Source: Trichosphaerium sp. ATCC 40318
Lineage: Eukaryota > Protista > Tubulinea
Assembly (NCBI GenBank): GCA_038496445.1
Contig: JALMLS010000213.1
Coordinates: forward strand, 310,001 to 374,000
Direction: 5' to 3'
Length of the DNA stretch: 64,000 nt
In this document: in pieces, positions 15,701-30,530 of the stretch
Layout: each line of letters opens with the position of its first letter
How positions within the stretch are numbered: the first letter of the stretch is position 1
The notes under the pieces: model-generated
Database searches by the model: none
What the model saw: the letters and a program-made list of their open reading frames with translations, nothing else
What the model was told of the DNA's origin: nothing
Position numbers and translations under genes: made by a program

Positions 15701-16590
15701 TCCTGCACCTTTCTTTCTAATTGTAACATATCCAGTACGAACCAAAGAAGATCCGTCTTTAGATTTTTTTTTACTCTTTCGGCGTTTTGGTAGATTTGCA
15801 GCATTGTGTGAGTGACGACGTCTTTGAGGCTTTGGTGATTTATCACCAGAGAGCTTATCTTTACTTTTCTTCTTAGCCTTCGATCCCTACAAGCATATAA
15901 AGTCAGTAAAATCGAAATAAAATCAAAATCAAAAAAAAACAAAAAAAAATAAAAATTCGCGCTTACTTTGCGAGGGATAGTCGGAGAGGAATCAAGAGAT
16001 GTACCAGAAGAGAACACTGGTATAGATCCCGATGTAGGAAGCACACAAGCAGAAAAAGAAGAAGATTTTGGCAGTAAATCAGAATTCTTAGGAGGCACCG
16101 TCACAAAGTCCTCAAAGCCTTCTGGAACTGTTGTAGGAGCCGAAGGGCGCGCTTCAGAGCTTGGAGAAAGCGGTGGGGGAATATTTGGCGGAGCTGGCTT
16201 CGTAGTAGGAGGAGCAGGTACAATTGTTTCGTTAATCTTAGGCTTGGATGAATCGTCGCCATCTGTTTCAGCTGACGCTTCCTCTGCTGTTTCTGGCGTC
16301 GTTGGTGCAGATAGTTTGCTAGCTGATTTCTTGCCCTTGTAACGCTTTCTTTTACGCTTTTTTTTGGAGGACGTGCCATTTCGCTTTTTTAGAGAACCAG
16401 GGGCACTTTCTATCCTTTCCTTGTCTGCAGGTCGTTTTTCCGTTCCAACACCTGCTTTCTTTTCTAGTTGTTCGAGTGCTTTGATAGCTTCTGCTCTAGG
16501 GGACGGTTCTTGAGGAGGTCTACGGGTTGGAGGGCCCGATCGTGGTGTAGTATTAGGGCTGGATGGGAGCGAAACCGTTGTAGTGGCCAT
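12751..16590 (-). CDS. RasGEF (REM + CDC25 catalytic domain) with Pro/Lys-rich N-terminus and a Ras-binding/ubiquitin-like domain (multi-exon)
   Basis: NPLEFARQACLIE, INRFNNISNWV, GLNAASVTRLKHTW, PCVPYIG, DLTFIEDGN..LINFDKR; upstream LKILLPRGQ...LRFMLNKLC...LNLDLTLDEIG is RBD-like. Start approximate. Confidence 0.9.
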
Positions 16591-17468
16591 TGTACGAGCT
16601 ATTGGCTTGATATGCAATCTATTAGCTGTAAGTAAATTTGGTAGTTGTAAAAATGCAACAAGGTATTATAGCATTGAAGGACAATAGTATCGCGCGTGAA
16701 TAAAGCTCCCACGTAATTATTGGGTTTAGAGTAACGCAGAAAAATACACCAACGCCTCATGATATGTACGCTACATATTTAAAGTAATAAAACGTACATT
16801 GAGGTTGATCAACTGAAGATGCCTGGAGGTAGCCTTTTAGTGCTGTTTTTAGATGCAATCGATTTGCATTGATATAGGCAGTGCGCTTGCCTCCGTGCGC
16901 ACACTTCTACAAACGGTTTTATCAGTATTTTTCCTAGTTACTTTTTTCAAACAACGGTCAACAACATTTCCTTTTCTGAGTCTTTAGACGGTACACGTAA
17001 TAAACGCATGATGATGCCAGCAAGTTAATAATTTGAGTATTTAGCGCTATACTTCCCGAATATTGAACAGATTTATAACAGTAGCACTCACACCATTGGA
17101 AATATATTATTGAACCAATTGCAAGTTGTGAGAGAAATTTGCAATTTGGATATTCCAACAACCAAACGCTCGAATAAAAACCAATTAACGGTTCAATATA
17201 ATCCATAAACCGGCGATTTAAACAACTCAATAGGCTCACAACAAGCTACACTTCCAAAACAAGGAATCGAAACCGAAATCAAAACAAAATCTCACCCCTT
17301 TACGTAAAGGTACGTTTAAGAGTTGTCTTATAATAACCCATGCAATCATGTATGTATAAAATCAATGTGTATTCACAAATGTATGTCAATTGTATAATGA
17401 AGAACAGAGAAAAACTGTTGTTGTTGCAACACCTTCCTTTTTTTTTTTCTTTTTTTTGTTGGTTTTTC

Positions 17469-18819
<1,351 letters not shown>

Positions 18820-20000
18820 TATTGAAATACAAGCTTTAAAATATGGTATCAAACTACCTTAATTCAATTAAGTCATTAGCGTATCGATTGCACGTGTTGA
18901 CAAGCAATCTTGTCCATACAATTTGCTTCTAGTTACACTTTGGCCTTTTACATATCTTGAGGTGGCTTCAACCCCGCTTTCATGTACATCATCATGTCAT
19001 CATGTGTCATTTTTTTTTTTGCACTAAACTTTTTCTTTGTTTTACTTGTTGTGCCGTAGTTAGCTTTCCATGTTCCCAAATATGCGATGAGCCATACTCT
19101 TTATATAATTAGACTTGTAGGTGGCTGTCAATACACGCACGAAATAATGACATGGGTAAGAAGAATAGGAGATAAATAATCAACTTCTGTCATTGCTTAT
19201 TATATATTTAGTGTGCATTAAAACGAGTCACCACGTACGCCTTGTTATGTATTCGAACAAGATGACAACTACACCTGCTTATTGTTAGTTGCTTGTTTGT
19301 GACACGGGTGTTTTCGAGTTGCTTGAAGGCGTACTAATTGTGTGATGGAGGAATACGCCCATACCAATTTTCCAGCCAATAACCTGGTCTGTTCTGTTAG
19401 CATTGCGCTGCAATAGATCACTCAACTGTAGTTACGGTAGCCTTCAAAGCTTATATAGGCAACGGCCAAATTTACAGCACCAAATGATCTAGCGAGCGTT
19501 CTATATATCTTTTAAAGGGTATGAAGTGACTTTGGGCACATACAAACCATTTTGGGGCAAATTAGGTACCATCCTATCTGTTAACCTTGTTTAGCATTTT
19601 AAACGAGTTTTTAACGCGTACGTGGGCGTGAGAGAAAATTTAGGGCAAGAAGCACTTGAACAATGGCATTCGCTAGAAGAACAAGTGCTACTCTTTGCAA
19701 AATGGCTGGTGGAAGCTTCATGTGCAAGAGTTGTGCGAGCTAGGTGACAAAAAGCTAAAAGTCAAGCTATTTATAATTCACTTATGCTTTGACACTCAAG
19801 ATCTCACGCTAGCTATAAAAACAATCACGTGTTATGAAATTATTGATATAGCTGCTCCCACTAGCTGAAATACATGCTACTAACGTTGTTGAGTACACTG
19901 AACTCTTATACGAATTTCGCCAAAAAAAGAATACTTGTTATGTGAATTTTGCTTTCGCATTTTAAGTTTATCAGTTGCTCTATATTTCTCAATTTACACA

Positions 20001-23000
20001 ATGAATACAGCATTGCTGGAAGCCATACATAAGAAACCAGGTAACTGTACTATTGCTTCTATGTGCTAAAATAGACTACAGAACTAAAAGATGGTTCTAA
20101 AACCTCTAAAGCACCACCAATATTACCCCCAACACCGCCGAGCGTACGAGTGCATGCCCAATCAAAAGAGATAAACACAAGTGCTCCTCCACCGCCTCCT
20201 CCGCCTAAAAATGCCAAAAACGACATCCCTGGGCCGCCACCTCCTCCAGGAGCAGCAGTTAAGTGCCCTGTACCTACAGCGCCTCCAATGCCGCTTAAAA
20301 CTGGTGTCCCAGCCCCACCACCTCCTCCAGGGGCAAATAAAGGTGCTATTCCACCACCGCCACCAATGGCGAGTACAGGACCACCAAAACCACCTAGCGG
20401 TACTGTTACGCGTCGAAAATGGACAACAGCGGTAGATAAATCTGAAAAGCCTGAACTTCCTCCGTTTAAGATCAGTACGTTCACAACTAGCTCTAAAAAC
20501 AAACAACCTAACAAATACACAGAAAAAGGAGATTACCTATTTTTGGATTGGAGTAAAGTAGATGATTTACTTTTATCAGATACAGGGAGCGCAGTACGAT
20601 TTTTTCCTTTTTGTCGACTTTGTGTCGCTTATTTTTTGTTCTAAAGGGTGTATTCTTTATCAAAACACCTACTGGTACTGTAGTTATTAAAGGTTGCTCC
20701 GATATTGTACAGGTAGGCTAACATTTCGGCAAGTTTTATGCTCAGTGTTCTTAATTTTTTTTTTAAAGCAAGTATATGCTACGGAGCTTGCACTCATTCT
20801 TGATGTTGATGTACCAAAAATGAGAGTAATTGATTGGAGCGCACCAAGACATCGTTGGAGTTTATTAAAGAGCAAGATGACAAGCCTTGCGGTAAAGCGC
20901 TATGGACAAGGAAAGGCATGCAAAGTTAGAAAAGAACTTAACCGTGCACAATTCTTGGCAATGGAGGTATTGTAGTATGTTATAGTATCCTAGAGAGCTA
21001 ATATTTTACCTAGGTTGTAGTCGGTAAAGAGCTATTAGCTTATGGAGCAGATGGATTAAAATACCTATTTGGGCTATCAGCAGAGTGCGAGCTTTGAAAT
21101 TGCTACTGGCATTGTTTTAATAGAGTTTTTAGCTTTATTGGTGACAGAAGAGGTTCAAGAAATAGATTGCGCCAATTGGGTAGAGTGATTGGTTATGATA
21201 TACTCATAAATAACTGGGATCGAGTGCCATTGATATGGGAGAATGAGGTAGATTGATTGGGACTATTAAAGAAAAATCTAATGTAAATAGGGAAACTACA
21301 GTAATATTATGGTTGAAGCATTGCCTGGTGAAGATGGTTTGCCAGTGTACGTATAAGAATATATTATACAGGTTTTATACTAATGGTTTAAAATAGTATC
21401 CGTATTGTGGGTATTGATAATGGCACTAGGTAATAGAGTCACTTTGGTTTTTTCTCGTTTTGTTCTAACTTTTTTTTTTGCATTAGTTGTCTCAATAAGA
21501 AGATGCACAGTGTAGGGTATAACAAATATGTAGAAAAAATTAAGAAATGCTTGGAATCGATAATAAAGAACCCTTGCAAGGAACTCCCTGCTTTGAAAAA
21601 GTTCAGGGAATATGTAAAGATGGCAACAGGCTTCGACATGGGAGAAGCAGCTTCATTGCAGGTATTGATGATTTTTTTCAATTTGGTTGAAAACAGATGA
21701 TGAGCTTGTTAACACTGTTGCTTATAGATTCAAATGGGTATTCTGGAAATAATTATCAAAGCATCTAAGCTACAGCTTGATGATTTTAAAAAGCTGAAAA
21801 CAAAGGTTGCGGGTATGATTGGCACTGATTGGGCAGACGTTTGGAAATCTGGATTAGGCGTCATATTCCCAGAGTTTTTTAAGGATATTGTTGATCTTTT
21901 TAAGTCCTTTGAGGAGAGTGCTAATATTTTATTGGCTAAATATCCAACAACTCATATCATGCAACCATGCACATCTGCGATTAAAAGAGATGAGTTTAAA
22001 CATGATAATGTAAAGATATTAGTTCTACAAAATTTTGGATTCCATGCTAAGGAAGGTGCCAACTTTATTCGTGGTTTAGTTGCTAAAGAAGAGCGTAAAC
22101 CTGGTAAGCTTTATAATATCAACCGATTCTTAATTATACTTACTGTTCATCTAGACTTTATCATTTGGCCTGAGCATGCATTAAGATACAGCGGTTTGTA
22201 AGTTGGTTTTTTTTCTCGCTATTTTCTGGGTTGTTGGCTTATTCTTATCGTTAATGTTTGTAGGGTAAACGACTCTATTTCACCTGTTAAGGACTACTGT
22301 AAGCTAGCAAAGGAACTTGAAGCGTACATTGTACTTGGAAGTACACTAGAAGTAGAGGATGGTAAAATGTACAATACGGCAATAACAATCAGCTCAGATG
22401 GTCAGTATCTTGGAAAGTATCGTAAAAGAAAACCTCTTGGAAACCATACAGTACCTGGTACTGAAGTTGCGATATATGATACAAAATTTGGAAAGATAGC
22501 AATCATGTACTCTTGCCTTTTTTGAAGTTTTTTTTTTCTCACTTTTTTCGTGATTTAGGATATGCTTTGACATCGAAAATCGAGATGTTTTTGATGACAA
22601 TGTTGCCGAGAAACCATTCCTTATACTCAATCCTGTATTGATCCCATCGCCAGCATTAGAAAATGATGATAAGAAGATTAACGTAGCGTGGAATATTGCT
22701 AGAAAATCAATGGCAAGGAAGTTTGAAGCACTTGCTACTAAGCATAACTTTACGCTTGTTCGTTGCGATAAACCTTTTGAGAATGAGAAGATGGTATTTG
22801 GTATGTTGATGTGCTTGAGATTTTGAAGTCAGCTAACACTCTTAAACTATAGGTACTTCTCAGGTTGTAGGTCCATCAGAAACTGTCCTTGCTCCAAAGA
22901 TGGGAACTTGTCATTTCTATGCTTATGCAGATTATCATATTGACAATCAATTCCAGGTTCGTCATGGAGTTCTTCTCTACACATATTTCTATGTGGTTGT

Positions 23001-24131
23001 GTCCATTAGCTAATTTGTTTCGGTTCAGGGGCCAACACCAGATAGACCACGTACAGCTGTTGAAGATAATACAGGTACATTTGATACGCTCTATTTTTTC
23101 TTAACTTATAATCTCAGGAAATCGTTACACTACGAAATTATTCGCTCAACCGTCAACATGTGCCTGTGAAGTTTCGATTACTCCTAGTATGTTTGCGTGC
23201 AGTAATGGAAATACACTAGATATTGTGAACATATCTAGAGGGTACTTTGAGGCTACAACAAAACTCAAAGGAGACATCAATTCAATTGTTTGGTATGTTT
23301 TTTTTTTCTTGTTTTATTCTGATTTTTATTACCTTTTAGCATTGATGATGTAATCATGGTTGCCACGGACTCAACTTGTTATACCCTGACAAAGAACTTA
23401 AATGTCGTTAAAAAGACCAAGGTAGTCTATTCAGGGCTGTATAGGGTTGATGGAGAGAAGGTGGTCGCTATTAAAGAAACGTCACTAGGTACTTATCTTT
23501 TTCTAAAGTTGCATCTAAGCGTTATTTAGATCTTTTGGATAAGAAAGGAAAAGTACTTGATACTGCCAAATGTGTTATTGAGAAAGCGTCGATTGTATGT
23601 GCTCATGGGTGTAGCGTATTCATTGCTGAAAATGGAAAAGTATCAGAGTACAATACAAACGCTAACAAATTTGAGAAAAGAACTATTGTTTCAACAGAAT
23701 ATAACATCTCGAGCATTTCCTTGGTTCCCTCAGAACCTAAACAACTGGTAATTGGTGATACTAATGGAAATATCCATATTGGTTCAATACCTGGTATGAC
23801 ATATATCTCTAACGATTTCAAACTAACAATGTTGCCCCTTTTAGAAACAACAGAATGGAAAACTTTGTCAATCTCTAAAGAGCCTATTTCCAACATTTCT
23901 GTTGTAGACTCTTCTGTCATTATAGTATCACATGGTTCTACACTTTCTCAGGTTAATATAAACAAAGAACTTAACCCAGTGCGTCATCTCTTCACAGTAG
24001 ATTGTGGGTTGATTTCGAAAATCGCTTTATGTGGATATTGTATAATTGTTTGTGGAGAGAAACGATTAGCTGTACTAGAGTTTGCTCAAAATTATCATAA
24101 CATACCACTACCGAGAATGTTAGGTCTGTAG
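20001..24131 (+). CDS. Multidomain protein: WH2-like motif + polyproline + actin-fragmin kinase catalytic domain + carbon-nitrogen hydrolase (nitrilase) domain + WD40-like propeller
   Basis: ALLEAIHKKPELK; PPPPP tracts; SDTGSAGVFFI..VVIKG, LGRVIGYDILINNWDRVPLIWENEGNYSN and VGIDN (AFK); FIIWPEH, YNTAITIS..GKYRK and KIAIMICFD (nitrilase E-K-C triad); beta-rich repeats such as LVIGDTNGNIHI. Confidence 0.8.
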
Positions 24132-24428
24132 ATAAATAAATTGTATTTGGATGAGCTAAATGCATTAGTTTTTTATCTTTTATTAATAACAGCTTAACCG
24201 TGAGGCAGGTATTTGCATAACCTAGTGTAACAACATGGCTAGCAAGGGTTATAGGTATTGTTTTGAAAAACGTCACAAGTGTGCTTAGGTGTATTTGCAC
24301 ACCAGCCGCGCAGTTGTAAATGAATATTGATCATCACAAATGTAACAGATGAGGGTATAAACGCATTATTTAGCATACACAGGATACTTTATATATTTTG
24401 CTGTTTATGACGCTCAGGGTACGATTGT

Positions 24429-26804
24429 TTACATTAATAAAACAGTCTCGATTGAAAGCTCACTTTGCAAAAAATGCTGGATGTTCTTTCTCTGTTCCAT
24501 CATTGTTTGTTGAAGGAATATCCAGGATATGACATATTGTATCGAATAGAAATATATTTTCGGTGACAGGAAGCTCTTTACCTCTTGCAAATAACCCACC
24601 TTTAAAGTCCATGGTAAGTACGAAATCACGTGGTTTTTTTTTGAAAATTCTTGGCCTTACCAGTTCCTATGAGAATGCCTTGTACACTTGTCTCCATAGT
24701 ATCATACCCGTTATACATTTTAACTGTGGGAGAATCTCGGTTTTTTACAATAACTCCACCAAGGTCTGCAATACCTTAAACCTTATTAGCCTTTTGGCTC
24801 AACAACTTTAACAAAAACACTCTTACCTATGATAGGCGCTATATTTTTATTTGCGTCATAATGGAAACGTCCTGGTATGCTTTCCTTTTTCCAAGCTGAA
24901 ATAGTTTGGCTAAAAACAGAGAAAGAAAGTTACAATAGCGACGATGAAGAAAAAAAAGGGAAAAAACGTGTACTTTTGCAAACGTTCCATAATACTATCA
25001 GAATCTTTCTCACTTTCCGGATAAAGCTGTAAAAAAGGACCATCAAATAATGCACCATAGTTCTCGCTATCCTCTCCTAAAACTTCATCCAAGTATACTA
25101 TCTAAATGACCATTTAGTTTACCAAAAATATCTTCGTACTAAAAATAGGTCTACCTTGGACTCATTGAGGGCTACCAGACCTACATTTTAAAGGTAAGTA
25201 TACGTCACAGACTTACATTATTACTTGATCAAGAACCAACGGAAATAGATACATACCTGAATCACTCGTTACTATAACATGAACATCATATAATTTTTGT
25301 GATTCTGACATTTCTTCGATGAGGTAAGCAACCATCGCATCAAAAGACTCTACACTTTTCTTGATTGCAAAACGAAAGATAAGCGATCAACTGTATTATA
25401 AATAGAATCTCTATTTATTATTGGTAGTGTACCTTGACCTGTGTGGATTCACGTCCATATAATCTTAATGCATTTGCTATATCACCACGGTGCATGAGAC
25501 CAAGCCTTGGTCCTTGATCCTTTAACTCCAACTTTGCTTGGTTACCAACTATAAATACATGGGGTATCATTAAATCTGCTAGTTTCTTGGCAGTATCATT
25601 CATGGATAACAGTGAGGGAATAGGCATGTAATGTGACGGTAATTTACCTAGATATTAGATGAGAAAAAAAGAAGAAAGTGTTAACAGAGCTCCTTTACAG
25701 TTCGATTCATTCCAGATTTTTACTGTTGCCACTACATACGAAAACTTCCACAATTTAGAACGTAATGTTTTTGGTGGGGGAAAAAGTAAGAATGGAATCT
25801 GTTGAACTGCAAAGTGCTCTGCTGTTGGCTTTTTTTTCAAATACCATCGATTGGCACGTTAGAAAATGGCCATAGCGCAGTGACTGCTTTGATATCGTGT
25901 TCTTGTACTGTGGAAGTATATTAGTACATTATATTAGAGTATAAAAGCGTACCATAGTTCCATAGTGGATCAACTGTGAACCATTTTGATGTAGGTTTAA
26001 AATCGTCAAAAACTTGCGACAGATTTTTTGTATCTCTGAAGCGATTTGCAATAATACCATGATGTTCAGGATACAACCCCGTAACTGGTGACAATATCAA
26101 ACACGTTTAAGACACGTTAACATTAAGAGCACAGACCTGTACTAAAGTGATTTGGTGCTGAGGTAGACGGCGTAACGGGCATGGTAGGAGCTGAGATTCC
26201 ATTCTTGAAGGAGTGAGATATTTGAACACGTGTTTCAACAGTACCTTTGCTAGATTTCTAAGCGTTGTGAGTTTGAATCTTTGATCTTGTAGAATATCCC
26301 AGGATAAACCTTCAGCACTTATTAAAACGACCATTGTCGGTTTAGGCCTTGAAATACGTTGGATTAGACTCGTTCTTAAGAGTTTTAGGCAAAACCCATA
26401 CCCTTCTGGTAAAGCATCGCTTATAGATACAGCAATAGCGCCGGCAACTATTGCAACAGCGATTACGCTCATAGCCACGATTATCAGTAGCCATCCAGGA
26501 CACTTTTGATGACAAACAGTTAAAAACAAAAAACCCGAGCTATTTATAACCTCAACACGTGCGAGAGGTAGTAAAAAAGAGGCTGATACGGTTTTTTGTA
26601 GATATTGTTCTGTAACAGACGTACTTCAGCGTAGTGTCTATCTTTCCAACTGTATGTTTGAGGAGCGAACTCAGACAAGTCTTCGTCATCATCTTCATCA
26701 CTTTCTCTGATAACTATGTCTTCATCGTTGCCTAGTAATTCATCTTCTTCATCAGATAATCTTAGGTCATCCAAAGAAACCTCTTCAGCTTCGTTGGAAC
26801 TCAT
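24429..26804 (-). CDS. Type II membrane ENPP/type-I phosphodiesterase family protein, predicted catalytically dead
   Basis: Acidic cytosolic N-terminus, one TM helix, VVLISAEG, PSTSAPNHFSTVTGLYPEHHGIIANRF, C-terminal ENIFLFDTICHILDIPSTNNDGT. Confidence 0.8.
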
Positions 26805-27362
26805 TTTTTGTCGCTACAAACAGCAAAAGTTTATTTTACATCAACGGTCGTGTTTGTTCGTTTATTTTAGGTTAATCATGACATGTCCAATTCAAAAACA
26901 TAGTAGAACGTTAGGGAATCTATGGTTTCTGCTTCTTCACTGTTCAATATTAGAGTATAAAAAACTCATTCTGTTGGGTTTAAAAAAGGTAACTTACATG
27001 CTATGCGACTCGCAGTGGTAAACATATATTGTACTTAAGATACCTCTAGAACGGAGGGTAAGCGTGCTGGCTTGAAACAACTTTCAATCGTGAATGGATT
27101 GGAATACAGAGGTGGCAAAAATACCCGAAACAAAAAGATTGTGGTTCATAAAACCCTGAAGTCCGTATCACTGCTGTCATAATGTGCTACTTGAGGTTTG
27201 CTGCGAACTTGTGCAGACTTCCGAACAGACCACTTTTTTTTCATCGCTTCTACAACCAAGATGGTTAGCATGATATGTGTAACTACGCGTGTAAAGCGAT
27301 AAAAAGAGTATTGAGCCAGAATTTACGAAGATATAGCAAAAAAGCACATGTGCTTTCCTCAA

Positions 27363-30336
27363 ATGTCAAAAAAAGAAGATCATTATTGCCTGTACAGGCA
27401 CACTTCCTCGTAAAAAAAGCTATGAGCTTGTTTGTCGCTAAAATTTAATTTGGCTAAAAAAGTTGAACAGTTTCAACCAGTCTATGCGCAGTACGTTTCA
27501 TTTAAAAGCGTATTGGACTATTTTTAATCAAAACAAAGTAACTAGTTCTTTTTGGTTCTTTTTTTTTTGGTTTTTACAAAATTCTTGTTCATTGAACCCG
27601 AGGACGCTGTTATTAATCTCGGACCGTTAAAGTGCCGGGATTTGCCACCTCTTATAGAAAACTCATGACTTTTTTTTTTTTAACTACGCTTCAGTAACTT
27701 GACAAAAAAAAAGGAAAAGACTCCATCACGTGATCTACGTAAACGTATACTTTGTTACGTACAAATAGTTTCCCCGCTTCTGAAGTGTTTTGGGTCTCAA
27801 TCTTATTAACATGAGTAAAACGGAGAGATTTAGACAGTATTGGATAAAGAACGTGCCCAATTGGATCCAGATTGTGTTTTACAATGACATGGAATTTTCT
27901 GTACTTCAAACAAACGTGTGGGCTGCAATACTCGGTATATTTGGCGGTATAGTGTCTGCAGGGTATAAGCTACTACTAGAAGTACGTTTGAAGAAGATAT
28001 TTGGCGTTTCACATGATTAATCTCACTAACTTTACTCCTTTTTTTTTCTGTAGTTTCTGTTGGGTGTCGTATGGAATGATATACCAAATGCTCTTACAAA
28101 AGCGGGGATGTTCGGATCAAAGTTTAGGACTTATAACTACAATTGCACGTGATTAGTAACTTTGTTACCTGTACTGTAGTAACATCGCCTTAGGGATAGC
28201 AGCGCTAGTTTTAGGGACATGCACAGGTCTTTTGATAAAGGTATCTTCACAAAAGGGTTTTTTCTTGTATGTTTTCGCTTGCCTTAGCTCGTTTAGATGT
28301 GGAAGTATACACCTTTCAAAGGGACATCTACCATTCCCGAAGTTATATCTAATGTGCATGGTCCTGGTGTAATACCTTTAAAGCACGTGGTGCCTATGCT
28401 TGTTGTATCGCTTGTACGAACATCTTTTGTTCTGCATGTATTTTACTTACTTTTTCTCTGTCAAGATATCTATCATCTCTGGCGGGAGTGCTGGTCCTGA
28501 AGCTGCTGTATGTAATTATCGAATATTCACAAGAAAATCACGTTTTTAATTGCGTCACAACGCCAATGCAAAAATCCAAAAAACTCATTTTATTTCTGAA
28601 GGTGATTATCATTGTTGGCGCTATGGGTTCTTGGATAGGTACATCCTAGCTTTTGTATGCATTTACATTAATCGAGTTTCAAGGGATATGTTGGCTACAG
28701 CCAAGAAGGACAAGAAGAATTATGACATTATGTGGAATGAGTGCTGGCTTAGCTGCTTTTTTTGGACTTCCGTTGGGTACCAACAAAAAATACGCTATCG
28801 AACGTTTCACTCTTTCTAACGTACTGGATAGGTGCAGCCTTATTTTGTCTAGAGCTACCACATGTAGCAAGTCTACAATATTTTGAGGTATAACTTGAAA
28901 TACCTTGTTGTCAAAAATCAAAATCATTCGCAAAACACGTGGTTTTTTTGAAAGCTAAATTTCTTCATTTTTTGCAACACCACATTAGCAGAAATCGCCG
29001 TACCCTGGGTGTAACTGTTCTTAAATATGAGTGTATGCTCATTAGGACATTTTTGAGCAGTCGTACTTATTTCTTTTACAGGCTTTGTCTCCTGCTATTT
29101 TATGCACGATATTGAGTGTTATTGTATCAAAAATCATCACACAGACTCCTCTAGGTGGGATGTATATGTTTCCTAATCTTGGAGAAATAAACTACATGGC
29201 GCTCGTAAAAGGTGCAGCAATGGGTCTTGGAGGCGCGGTCATTGCTGCTATATTTATGGTTACATTAAAGTATACTAAAATGGCTGTCAAAAAACTAAAA
29301 ATAGGACCAATAGGCACGTCTAGTTTTGCTTTTTTTATAAATAACTAACATATATAAGTACTTGGTATAATGGGTGGAGCTTTATTTGGTATTATGGGAA
29401 CTCTGTGTCCTTCGGTACTCGAGTCTTTGATATTCAAAGAAAATACTAATCAGTTTTTGTGTTAGACTTTATTTTGGTCAGAAAATGAACTCCAGGCTGT
29501 TTTCCTCCGTGGAAACAGTAGCCTACCATATGCCATACATCCAGGCATATGGCCCATGAAAGTACCTTTAGGATGGGAGGTAATGGAAAAACGCACCCTT
29601 TTTTTGTTAATTGATGTGTTCAGGATTTCGCTCTAATTGGTTTTACTAAACTTGTTACTATTATCATAACAATAGCTGCAGGTTTTCCAGGAGGTACAGA
29701 ATTATAAAATCTGCTCCTTTGATGACATTCTGTTTTAGGTATCATCTTTCCTCTCTTCTTTGCTGCGGCATGTATCGGATACTCTATGGCACTCCTATTA
29801 CATCTTCCGCCAACCGTTTGTATGTTATCTATGATGGCCGCACTACAGTCATCAGTTACACGAACCCCATGGTCAACAGCATTGATTCTGTTACAGGTTC
29901 GAAACGCTGTTTCTTTTGCTATTAAACCAAACAAGAACATCACATTGAGTTCTAACAAAAGCGCTACTTATCTGATTCTTTACAGTCTTACATTTTTTAG
30001 ATCCAATCTGGTATATTCTCTACACCTGATGTACCTGTTGTACACTACATAGCTGCGTTCGCGGTGATGGTAGAAGTTATATGGATTAGTACATCAATCA
30101 CAACTTGGTTTGCTTTGTACCCACAGCAAAGGAACAGATCAGATCTTATTTTTTTGGAAGAACATGAAGACAAAGTAACTCAAGAAGAGTACAAGTCATT
30201 ACTCAGCGGACAATTCGATGATACCAGACCTTTGGATACTACAGGAGAACCAGGTGATATTGTGGTTGTAGGTTCGAGGACTAGCATGAATGTCAACACT
30301 CTAAACGATGGCGACACCATTAGTGAAACACCCTGA
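27363..30336 (+). CDS. CLC chloride channel/transporter family protein, short CBS-less prokaryote-like (YfeO/EriC-type) form, multi-exon; start uncertain
   Basis: GTSTIPEV, SGGSAGPEA, LCGMSAGLAAFFGLPLG, GFPGGIIFPL, VTRTPWST and many hydrophobic helices. Confidence 0.8.
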
Positions 30337-30530
30337 AAAAATAATAAAAAATATGTAACTGAATAAAATACCGTTCAACTAACACGTGATTCTCACTCAA
30401 AAAAAAACATTCGAATAGCTACAAACAAATAAATACTAACAAATTGTGTAGAAAGAAGTCAAAACAGAGTCAATGTCTATAGAGTATTACTAGTAATACA
30501 TACTACAGACATTGAGCCGCCATTCGAACG

